A stretch of 38,348 bases of DNA. Source: Gemmatimonadota bacterium. GTDB taxonomy: Bacteria > 4572-55 > J002. The stretch lies in NCBI GenBank assembly GCA_003697105.1, contig RFFQ01000016.1:1-38348 (forward strand), read 5' to 3'. Every line of letters starts with the position of its first letter. Within the stretch, counting starts at the first letter, position 1. Positions 8,838 to 17,053 of this stretch are shown here, piece by piece. The position numbers were made by a program, and so were the translations under genes. Below the pieces are notes generated by a model. That model had not been told where the DNA came from, did not search any database, and saw only the letters and a program-made list of their open reading frames with translations.

Positions 8838-10180
8838 CCATTCTCTCCTAAGGGTGAAATATTAGCGACATTTTGGGTATAGCGCCGGATCGCTCCGATC
8901 AGGGTCTCAGGATGGATGGGGGTTGTAATGTAATCTTCAGCTTGATTCTGTAACCCCGCTTTTACATCTTCCAACGTCACATTACCGGATAACATCATAA
9001 TGGGAATACTTTTAAATTCAGGATTATTTTTTAGCAAGTTACATACATTATACCCATCAATCAACGGCAAATTGACATCCAACAAAACCATATTCGGTTT
9101 ACGATTGGAGACCATCGCCAGTGCCTCTGCCCCGTTTCGTGCCGTAAAGACATGATACCCCTCTTTACGCAACAATTCCGAGAGGAAATTGGAGAGCTTG
9201 ACATCATTTTCGACAACTAAAATTTTGATATTAGATTGGTACTCCTGCGGCACCTCATCGGTTCGTTTATCAATAACGTAATTGCTCCCATCCAACTTTT
9301 TCACATACGTTTTAAGTTCGGTCGCAATGGCGGCAATCTGTGCTGGGTGTTCTATGGTACGGCGTTCATTGGTGACCACCATCATGGAGATCGTCATGAT
9401 GGGGTATTCCACCATCAAGCCTTGACGGTTTTCCGCCAAAATCCCGCCGCGTTGGAGGTCTTCTGGGGCATAAAAGGTTTTAGCCAATTCATCAAACCGG
9501 AGGATAATGGTCTCGCAAATATCACGCACTTTATCCGGGGTAGTGGTAAAAATAAAATCATCCCCACCGATGTGCCCCACAAAATCATCTTCATTTCCTT
9601 TTTCCACCACCGTACGTTTTATCAGTTCTGCCGTTTGGATGATGATTTGGTCTCCGCTCAGGAAGCCATAATGATCGTTGTACGCCTTAAAATTATCCAG
9701 ATCGGTGTAAACAACGGCGTAGAGTTTGCCGGAGGTGATCAAGTCCAACATTTGCCGTTCGATGGAGACATTACCGGGGAGGCGGGTGGACGGGTTGGCA
9801 TCCAAATAGGATTGTTTCATCCGTAAGATGGCTTCGACACGCGCCCGGAGTTCACTGGTATTGAAGGGCTTTGCCATGTAATCATCCGCGCCCAAATCCA
9901 GCCCGCGCACTTTATCATCCGCTCGCCCTTTGGCCGAAAGCATCAAAATGGGAATATGCCACGTCAAATAGTTACTTTTTAAGCGGCGCACCACCTCATA
10001 ACCATCCATCACGGGCATCATCACATCTAAGATGATTAAATCCGGTTTGAATACTTTAATCACTTCCAGTGCCTCGGCGCCATTGGAGGCGGTGGCAACA
10101 TCGTAATCAGTTTCCAGCGATGTTTCGATCAAACGTTGGACCGGGCGACTATCATCCACCACTAAGATGGCTTTTTTCAT
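8834..10180 (-). CDS. REC-GGDEF-REC diguanylate cyclase response regulator
   Basis: REC (VVDD, LDVMMP, KPF); DANPSTRLPGN, DLDNFKAYND, HIGGDDF; second REC (VVEND, LDVNLP). Start uncertain (10180, 10192 or 10198). Confidence 0.9.
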   Translation of the reverse strand: MKKAILVVDDSRPVQRLIETSLETDYDVATASNGAEALEVIKVFKPDLIILDVMMPVMDGYEVVRRLKSNYLTWHIPILMLSAKGRADDKVRGLDLGADDYMAKPFNTSELRARVEAILRMKQSYLDANPSTRLPGNVSIERQMLDLITSGKLYAVVYTDLDNFKAYNDHYGFLSGDQIIIQTAELIKRTVVEKGNEDDFVGHIGGDDFIFTTTPDKVRDICETIILRFDELAKTFYAPEDLQRGGILAENRQGLMVEYPIMTISMMVVTNERRTIEHPAQIAAIATELKTYVKKLDGSNYVIDKRTDEVPQEYQSNIKILVVENDVKLSNFLSELLRKEGYHVFTARNGAEALAMVSNRKPNMVLLDVNLPLIDGYNVCNLLKNNPEFKSIPIMMLSGNVTLEDVKAGLQNQAEDYITTPIHPETLIGAIRRYTQNVANISPLGENG

Positions 10181-10222
10181 GGTATTACCCATTTCCAAAT
10201 GAAAATGTCATGACCAAACCCA

Positions 10223-10251
10223 ATATTAACACATGCTTTTAGCGATTGCAA
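10223..10251 (-). promoter_or_regulatory. Sigma70-type promoter for the diguanylate cyclase pair
   Basis: TTGCAA-17 nt-TAATAT with an extended -10 TG. Confidence 0.5.
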
Positions 10252-10300
10252 GCAATATTTCAAGGATATTACAAGAAGCGGGCGGTTATGCTGAAGGCAA

Positions 10301-11047
10301 TTATGGTGCGGATTTCAAGAAGAATTGATCGATTTGGGGAATACCACTTTTCAGCGCGTCTTCAAATGCGCCACTAAAGAGGGCTTTACCCTGATCGAGA
10401 TAGGTGATTTTCTGGGCAATGCGTTTAATACTCTCCAATTCGTGCGTGACCACAACTAATGTCATCCCCAGTTGGCGATTCAATTTGAGAAAAAGTTGGT
10501 CAATCTCTAAACAGGTGACCGGGTCAAGGCCGGCAGACGGTTCATCGCAAAACAAGATTTGGGGGTCTAGGGCGATAGCTCGTGCCAAAGCCGCCCGTTT
10601 CCGCATCCCACCCGAAAGTTCCGGCGGAAAAAGATGGTACGCATGATCCAGTTCGACCAGATGCAACTTGACCCGTACAATCTCCCAGATCAGATCATCG
10701 GGTAAACGGGTATGCATTTGAAGCGGTAATGCCACATTCTCGCTGATCGTCAAAGAGTTAATCAAAGCCCCATTTTGGAAGAGTACCCCCATTTGGCGCT
10801 GGATCGGCTCAAATTCATGTTCCTCCATACGGGTGATGTCCTGCCCAAACAGATGAATCTGCCCGGAATAAGGATGTAACAACCGGATAATATGTTTGAG
10901 CAAGGTACTTTTACCGCAACCACTCCCGCCCAAAATAATCATAATCTCGCCCGAATTCACACTCATATTGACCCCGCGAAGAACGAAGCGGTCGCCATAT
11001 TTCGTGCTTAAATTGGTAACGCGGATAATCGGCTCCGTCATTGGCAT
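10301..11047 (-). CDS. mlaF: ABC transporter ATP-binding protein, MlaF/Mkl family
   Basis: Walker A GGSGCGKS, FQNGAL, signature LSGGMRKR, Walker B FCDEPSAGLDP, H-loop VTHE. Start ATG 11047 overlaps the mlaE stop (TAATG). Confidence 0.88.
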   Translation of the reverse strand: MPMTEPIIRVTNLSTKYGDRFVLRGVNMSVNSGEIMIILGGSGCGKSTLLKHIIRLLHPYSGQIHLFGQDITRMEEHEFEPIQRQMGVLFQNGALINSLTISENVALPLQMHTRLPDDLIWEIVRVKLHLVELDHAYHLFPPELSGGMRKRAALARAIALDPQILFCDEPSAGLDPVTCLEIDQLFLKLNRQLGMTLVVVTHELESIKRIAQKITYLDQGKALFSGAFEDALKSGIPQIDQFFLKSAP

Positions 11048-12132
11048 TATCCAAAGTAAAAAAGGATACCCCAAAAACTATCAACCACAATAATCATAAA
11101 AATAGAAGTCACTACGGAAGACGTTGTCGCGATACCGACACCCTCCGCCCCCCCTTTGAAATTGAACCCCCGATAGACTGCCACGATGGTGATCACCCAA
11201 GCAAAAGAAACACTTTTGATTAATCCCGTCAGGACATCCTTTAAGAGCAACGCTTCGAGTACCTGATTGCCAAATGCCGCCGCACTCAGATCGAGATAGG
11301 TGATTCCCACCAGAAAGCCCCCCGCAATGCCCATGATATTCGCAAAAACCGTCAACAGTGGAATACAAAGCGTCATCGCCAAAAATTTGGGCACGACCAC
11401 AAAGCGGATCGGGTTGAGAGCCATCGTTTTGAGGGCATCCAATTCTTCAGTGAATTTCATGGTGGCGATTTCGGCGGCAATGGAGGAACCACTGCGCCCG
11501 GAGACAATGATCGCCGTCATCAACGGTCCCAGTTCGCGAGCAATACCGATGGCAAGCAGATTGGCAACATAAATGGTTGCCCCAAACTGCCGGAGTTGGG
11601 CGGAAGATTGCAGTGCCGTGACAAACCCGATCAAAAAGAGGATCAGGGCAACAATCCCAAATGCCTGAGAGCCGAGTAAAATACATTGCTCCATAAATGC
11701 CCCCCGCCGTGCCCCAGACCGGTTAAATATGCCGATTACCGACCACCACAAAATGTCCACGATCAATACCAGCAATTGCACGACACTTTGATACGCCCGA
11801 TACACCCCGTCGCCCAAGCGTTCCAAAAAAGAGGGCGGTGATGCCGGAGGAACAGGAGCGGCGGCTTCGACCGCAAAATACTCCAAAACCTCCTGAAACG
11901 GCGGGGGGATATTCTGGATCGCCAACATTTTTTGATGACGTTCTGCCAGACGGGGTAACGTCTGAATCAACACAGCGCCGGCACTATCCAGCGCCGTGAT
12001 GCCGGCGGCATCAAGGGTAATGTGCGATTCCGTACACGTTTGGATTTGATGGTGCAACTGGTGATAGAGGTCTCCCACATGGGCGAGGGTGACCTCTCCC
12101 TCCAGAGTCAGCAAAGCGGTTGATTGGGGCAT
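11047..12132 (-). CDS. mlaE: MlaE-family ABC permease with N-terminal STAS (MlaB-like) domain
   Basis: STAS motif ITALDSAG; MlaE motifs RELGPLMTAIIVSGRSGS, AEIATMK..EELDAL, GGAEGVGIATT. Confidence 0.9.
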   Translation of the reverse strand: MPQSTALLTLEGEVTLAHVGDLYHQLHHQIQTCTESHITLDAAGITALDSAGAVLIQTLPRLAERHQKMLAIQNIPPPFQEVLEYFAVEAAAPVPPASPPSFLERLGDGVYRAYQSVVQLLVLIVDILWWSVIGIFNRSGARRGAFMEQCILLGSQAFGIVALILFLIGFVTALQSSAQLRQFGATIYVANLLAIGIARELGPLMTAIIVSGRSGSSIAAEIATMKFTEELDALKTMALNPIRFVVVPKFLAMTLCIPLLTVFANIMGIAGGFLVGITYLDLSAAAFGNQVLEALLLKDVLTGLIKSVSFAWVITIVAVYRGFNFKGGAEGVGIATTSSVVTSIFMIIVVDSFWGILFYFG

Positions 12133-12141
12133 GAGCAGGCA

Positions 12142-13716
12142 TCACAACACATAAGACAACCGGATGAGTACTTGATGTTCGGATTGCACATCCGGGATGG
12201 CTTCTTCTTTTTTAATCAACAAGTTATAATCTAAACTGATATATTTAGAGAGGGTAACCCGGACCCGATTATCCCAATCGTAAACCCAAGTTTGGGTGTC
12301 GCTTTCCGGTAAGAGTAGGTCAAATTCCGTATTGAATTGCACCCGGCGGGCAATCCGGGAATCACCAATCATCAACATTTCTAATCCGGTTAAGGTTGAT
12401 TTTTGGAGGGGTTTTAGTTGGGTTTGGCTATCGTTTAGCAGGTAGGATTGGTGAACAAATGTTTGTCGTGCCCCGAATCCGCTGCGCAAATTGAGGTTTA
12501 AGCGGGCAGATTTGGCAATAATCCAGTTAAAGCCCACGCCTTCTTTGAGGGTGAGGGGGAAGAATGCCGGCGATAAGCGGACAGATTCCGCCGCGGTGTA
12601 AATATGGGTGGTATCTCCGCCGGTATTAAGCCGGTACACATCCCGAGGGCTGTCAAAATAGGCATTAGTTTCAAAAAATTTGCTATCTAGCGCCAAATTG
12701 AGGTAGGGTCCTACTTTTTCCCAAAAACGGTAGATATAAGTCGCTTTTAGTTCAATTCGATCTACATATTTGCGAATGGACTCTCCTTTTTCAAAGGAGA
12801 GTCCCTCGTCCAGTATGATGCGAACGAACGCATTATGTAAATCCGTAATATACCGTAACTGGTTGAACCATTGTGCCGTTAAGGTGAAATTATACTCTTT
12901 CCGTTGGGATTCCGTATTTTGGAAATAATTGAGAATAAAATTTCCGTTAATTTCGGAGCGAATTTTCCAATCTTCAATATTAATTTGCCGCGTACCTTCA
13001 TCCAAAATACCGAATCCGATGAAATTCTGATTTTCGTCATCCAATACGAGGGTATAACGTACTAACTCGCCGGGTAGTAGGCGCAATGTAGCAAAATTCC
13101 GTGTGGTATTAAAACTTTCCCCCGGTTTCACCACCTTGTACAACCCCGGTTTAAGCAACCAGGTAGTGAGTTCTTCCCCCAGCTCTTCATCTACGCCATA
13201 TCCCAAGCCATAATTTTCCAGATTTGATTGATAAAATAATTCGTATGATTCCTTGATAGGGGTGCGGGTTTCATCGATGACATTGATGACCAGTCCCGCC
13301 CAATCGGGTAAAATCAGGGAGGTATGCCCTTCTTCCACATCGACTGTTCGGGTTATCATCTGTTCAATGGTGCCGGAGCCGACCTTGACCTGATAGCGTC
13401 CCGGTTCAACCAAAACGGAGGTGCCGGTGCGGGCTTCTGCCACTAGGGTTTCATTGGTGTAAACCAGATAAACCGGTTCCGCCAACGAGGTGGTCATCGT
13501 CGGAACAAAAATCGCCCCTTTACCAATAGGTACTAACGTGGGGTCCATTTCGACTTGACGATAGGCGGGCGGGGCATCCCATGTATTTTCCGGTGAGGTT
13601 TGCCCGAGTACCTGTACAGGGAACATCAACAGCACCAAAAAGAGAAAAGCCGGAGATACACCGGCTTTTTGCCCCCCCATCTGCCCACAAGGGATTAAGT
13701 TAACTATGTGTTTCAT
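12142..13716 (-). CDS. Hypothetical exported protein, predicted outer-membrane beta-barrel with N-terminal beta-sandwich (PEGA-like) repeats
   Basis: Signal-like segment AFLFLVLLMFPVQVLGQ; two PG.Y.V repeats; C-terminal half of alternating hydrophobic/aromatic strands ending VLIRLSYVL. Start uncertain. Confidence 0.65.
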   Translation of the reverse strand: MKHIVNLIPCGQMGGQKAGVSPAFLFLVLLMFPVQVLGQTSPENTWDAPPAYRQVEMDPTLVPIGKGAIFVPTMTTSLAEPVYLVYTNETLVAEARTGTSVLVEPGRYQVKVGSGTIEQMITRTVDVEEGHTSLILPDWAGLVINVIDETRTPIKESYELFYQSNLENYGLGYGVDEELGEELTTWLLKPGLYKVVKPGESFNTTRNFATLRLLPGELVRYTLVLDDENQNFIGFGILDEGTRQINIEDWKIRSEINGNFILNYFQNTESQRKEYNFTLTAQWFNQLRYITDLHNAFVRIILDEGLSFEKGESIRKYVDRIELKATYIYRFWEKVGPYLNLALDSKFFETNAYFDSPRDVYRLNTGGDTTHIYTAAESVRLSPAFFPLTLKEGVGFNWIIAKSARLNLNLRSGFGARQTFVHQSYLLNDSQTQLKPLQKSTLTGLEMLMIGDSRIARRVQFNTEFDLLLPESDTQTWVYDWDNRVRVTLSKYISLDYNLLIKKEEAIPDVQSEHQVLIRLSYVL

Positions 13717-15490
13717 CAGGCGATCCGGTCTCCGGGTTTTCCTTTTCTTCTTCCGCTTGTTTCTTCATCCATTCCAGAAATTGACGGCGTTGTTCAGGGG
13801 ATAGTTTCGCTTTTTTGCCTTGTTTTGCTGCCGCCTGTTTCTGCAGTTCCGCCATTTTACGTTTTTTCTCTTGGATTTTCTGCAAGCGTGCTTGCCGTAC
13901 CTCTTCGGGGATGGGGATCAATTTTTTGGGGGGCGTGAGGCGTTTCGGCGGTTTTTTAGCAGTTTCCGACTTTTTAGATGTCTCTGTTACCGCTTCTGGA
14001 GCAATAGCTTGAATTTCCACCGTTTTGGGTTCGTCACCGGGTGGGGGAGTCTCTTTTTTGCCCCCTTTCATCATCTCGGCGATCTCAGCCAAACGCTGTG
14101 GGTCGGGACCGTCACCAAAAGAGTGACCGCTGAGGTCGATTTCATCCGTGAATTCAAATTCATCATCGTCATACTCATCATACATATCATCATCATCGTA
14201 ATCCAGATAGTCCTCCGCCGGATCAATCTCGCTGGAATCCTCCATCTGGTGTTCCATTTCCGCCTGAGCAATCGATTCGGCAGCCTCAAGGTCAAAATCC
14301 TCATCGACCTCCCCGGTGTCGGGGGCGGAATCATCCCGAATAACCCCGGCGTGCTGGCGCACATGCGGGTCCAGCACCGAATAATCTTCGTCTGGGGAGC
14401 TATCCCCAAACGCGCTCAACCCGGGAATTTCGATCTCGATACTTTCCTCGTCACCGATAATATCGGGTTCATCTTTAAATTCCAACTCACCGGGCGGGGG
14501 AGTAGAGAGGGGAGAAAGCTCTTCTTTGGGTTCAACTTTAGGTGGGGGAGGTGTTACCGGCGCATCGCCATAATCGGGTTCATCTTCACGGAAATAAGAC
14601 ATGCCAGTATCGACTTCGACCTCTGCCGCCGGTTCTGGGGCGGGTGTCGCGGAGGCTGAAGCCGGCGAGGTGTTAAAATTGAGTTCCTGACTCTCTTGGA
14701 GTTCTTCAAAGGCGGTCACCTCTGTAAATTCCACATTTTGCCAAAAATCACGGGGAAAATAGAGATAGATCAGAATCAAACTTTTGGTATAATATTCGGA
14801 TTCCAGCATATCTTCGGGGTCGGTATTATCTACCTGACGGCGTTTCTGCCGCCATTCCGTGACCGACATCTGCTTAGTCTCCAATTTTTGCCGTTTATCT
14901 ACCATCCGCCGGGACTTAATTGTGCGTGGTTTTGAGGTATCCATGATGACGGAGATACCACTCCGTTCTTGAATAGCGGTGCTGATTTCACGGCTAAGTT
15001 GGGTAGGGTTGATCGCCAGTCGTTCCGCCCCACGATAGGTGTTCATGGGGATTTCAATACGCAGTTGAATATAGAGGGAATCAAAATAGGTCGTATCATC
15101 AAAGAGGCGTTCTGTTAGGAGTTTATCTTCTTTGATGGAGACATCTTTTTTCTTATCGAAGGCTAATTCTTTGAACATATTGGCGCTACACACCTCATCG
15201 ATAATATCGATGAGTTTATCGACCACGTTCTGTTCTTCAAAGGGTAGGGTTAAGATTTGGGTGGGGTCTTCGCCTTCCAGTTCTTGCGCTTTTTCTTCTA
15301 TTTTACTCTGACTTTCTTTTAATTTTTCCTGAAATTTTTGAGCATATTCCAATCGCTTGAGTTCGGAGGGTGACATCTTTTTAACTTTGGAATCTTCACC
15401 CTGTTTTTTTGATTTGGAGACCGATTTTGAGCGGTCGTCATCTGCCGACTGGCTCTCACCTTTGAGCAACTTATCCCACAATTTTCGCAT
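13700..15490 (-). CDS. Hypothetical cytoplasmic protein with long acidic/Pro-rich low-complexity region and basic termini
   Basis: 596-aa ORF with its own promoter, overlapping the next gene by 17 nt; no signal peptide or TM segment; D/E/P-rich centre. Confidence 0.8.
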   Translation of the reverse strand: MRKLWDKLLKGESQSADDDRSKSVSKSKKQGEDSKVKKMSPSELKRLEYAQKFQEKLKESQSKIEEKAQELEGEDPTQILTLPFEEQNVVDKLIDIIDEVCSANMFKELAFDKKKDVSIKEDKLLTERLFDDTTYFDSLYIQLRIEIPMNTYRGAERLAINPTQLSREISTAIQERSGISVIMDTSKPRTIKSRRMVDKRQKLETKQMSVTEWRQKRRQVDNTDPEDMLESEYYTKSLILIYLYFPRDFWQNVEFTEVTAFEELQESQELNFNTSPASASATPAPEPAAEVEVDTGMSYFREDEPDYGDAPVTPPPPKVEPKEELSPLSTPPPGELEFKDEPDIIGDEESIEIEIPGLSAFGDSSPDEDYSVLDPHVRQHAGVIRDDSAPDTGEVDEDFDLEAAESIAQAEMEHQMEDSSEIDPAEDYLDYDDDDMYDEYDDDEFEFTDEIDLSGHSFGDGPDPQRLAEIAEMMKGGKKETPPPGDEPKTVEIQAIAPEAVTETSKKSETAKKPPKRLTPPKKLIPIPEEVRQARLQKIQEKKRKMAELQKQAAAKQGKKAKLSPEQRRQFLEWMKKQAEEEKENPETGSPDETHS

Positions 15491-15586
15491 CGATGACCCC
15501 CATCCGTATGCTCTTAATTATCAGGAGTAACTTTCCGCATAAAAACTAGGTAAATCCTTTATATTCCAGCAACAAACCATTGATTC

Positions 15587-15616
15587 AAAATAAAGACCAG
15601 ACGTTGTTTTTGTCAA
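15587..15616 (-). promoter_or_regulatory. Sigma70-type promoter of the acidic protein-barrel-mlaEF operon
   Basis: Perfect TTGACA, 18 nt spacer, TATTTT, just after the pyk stop. Confidence 0.45.
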
Positions 15617-15622
15617 GAAGAT

Positions 15623-17053
15623 TTAAATTTCTTCGATTCGCAGAATGTTAGTACCTTTTTTATCCCCAAATGGGAGACCCGCCGTGAGGACAAGCCGGTC
15701 ACCGTGGGAGATGATCTGTTCCGCCTTCAAACGTTCCACAATGTCATCAACGGCATCATCAATGTTGCTTTTAAATTCCGGCACTTGAAACCCCAAAACA
15801 CCCCAATAAAGCGCGGTGCGGAAGTACGCCTGTTCATTGAAGGTCATGGCAATAATGGGTTTCGGTGGACGGAACCGGGAAATTGTGCGTGCCATCGAGC
15901 CGCTTAACGTCAAGCAGACAATCGCTTTAGCATTAACTAAATCGGAAGCGTGACTAGTGGAATAGCCAATAGCGAGAGGTGTCGGATACACCATATCGGG
16001 TTTACGACGTTTTAGGTCCCAGCGGGGATCACTCTGTTTTTCGATAATGGTGATGATCCGATCCATCGTTTCCACCGCTTGAACCGGGAATTTGCCTGCC
16101 GCCGTCTCCCCAGAGAGCATCACGGCATCCGTCCCATCTAAGACCGCATTCGCCACATCGGCGGCTTCTGCTCGGGTGGGGCGTGGCGTGGTCATCATGG
16201 ACTCCAGCATTTGGGTTGCGGTGATCACCGGCTTACCCTTGCGGTTGCAAATGGCGATGATCTCCTTTTGAATGGGCGGTACTTCTTCCACAAACATTTC
16301 AACCCCTAAATCACCGCGGGCAATCATAATTCCATCCGCTAGGTCCGAGATGGCTTCAAATTCTTTAACGGCTTGAGGTTTTTCAATTTTAGCGATTACC
16401 GGCGTATTGTATCCCTGTTCGGCAATCATCCATTTGATGTGGCGGATATCATCCGGTCTTTGCACAAAGGAGAGTGCTACGTAATCCACACCTAACGTTA
16501 ATCCGAATTTCAAATCGATTTTATCTTTCGGGGTTAGCGCCTCAATAGAGACCGAACCGGGCAGATTTACCCCTTTGTTATCCTTGAGGACACCGCCAAA
16601 GACCACCTTACAATGGACATCCTGCCCATCTACATCTTCGACCGTTAGCCGCAATTTGCCATCATCGAGCAGGATCATCGCTCCCGGTTCCACATCTTGA
16701 TGAAGTTTCGGGTATGTCACCGAGACTTCATGGACATTTCCGATAATGTCGCGGGTGGTCAGACAAAAATCCGCGCCATTCTCCAACACAATTTCACCGG
16801 TTTCAAAGTGCTTCACGCGGATTTTTGGACCTTGCAGGTCTTGTAAGACCGCAATAGGGCGTTTGACTTCGGCAGAAACACGGCGCACCAGTTCAAATCG
16901 CCGGGCGTGATCCTCAGGTGTTCCATGCGAAAAATTAAAGCGGGCAACATCCATTCCGGCGTGTGCCAAGGCTAAAATATCCTCGTACGTATCCGTACTA
17001 GGACCTAACGTACAGACAATTTTCGTCCGGCGGCGGGTAAGTAACTGATCCAT
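15623..17053 (-). CDS. pyk: Pyruvate kinase
   Basis: TKIVCTLGP, RFNFSHG, DLQGPKIR, IAKIEK, IMIARGDLG, ATQMLESM, MLSGETA. Confidence 0.97.
   Translation of the reverse strand: MDQLLTRRRTKIVCTLGPSTDTYEDILALAHAGMDVARFNFSHGTPEDHARRFELVRRVSAEVKRPIAVLQDLQGPKIRVKHFETGEIVLENGADFCLTTRDIIGNVHEVSVTYPKLHQDVEPGAMILLDDGKLRLTVEDVDGQDVHCKVVFGGVLKDNKGVNLPGSVSIEALTPKDKIDLKFGLTLGVDYVALSFVQRPDDIRHIKWMIAEQGYNTPVIAKIEKPQAVKEFEAISDLADGIMIARGDLGVEMFVEEVPPIQKEIIAICNRKGKPVITATQMLESMMTTPRPTRAEAADVANAVLDGTDAVMLSGETAAGKFPVQAVETMDRIITIIEKQSDPRWDLKRRKPDMVYPTPLAIGYSTSHASDLVNAKAIVCLTLSGSMARTISRFRPPKPIIAMTFNEQAYFRTALYWGVLGFQVPEFKSNIDDAVDDIVERLKAEQIISHGDRLVLTAGLPFGDKKGTNILRIEEI

Noticed and set aside
7479..10198. Hypr-type GGDEF (3',3'-cGAMP synthase)
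   Set aside because: Both proteins keep Asp at the guanine-specificity position (YGFLSGD, YGFQAGD), whereas Hypr enzymes have Ser/Thr there.
13820..14659. 279-aa plus-strand ORF and other long antisense ORFs (e.g. 9236-9826, 21794-22414, 27-1891 set)
   Set aside because: They are shadows of real genes on the opposite strand or in another frame, with low-complexity Ile/Phe-rich translations and no motifs.
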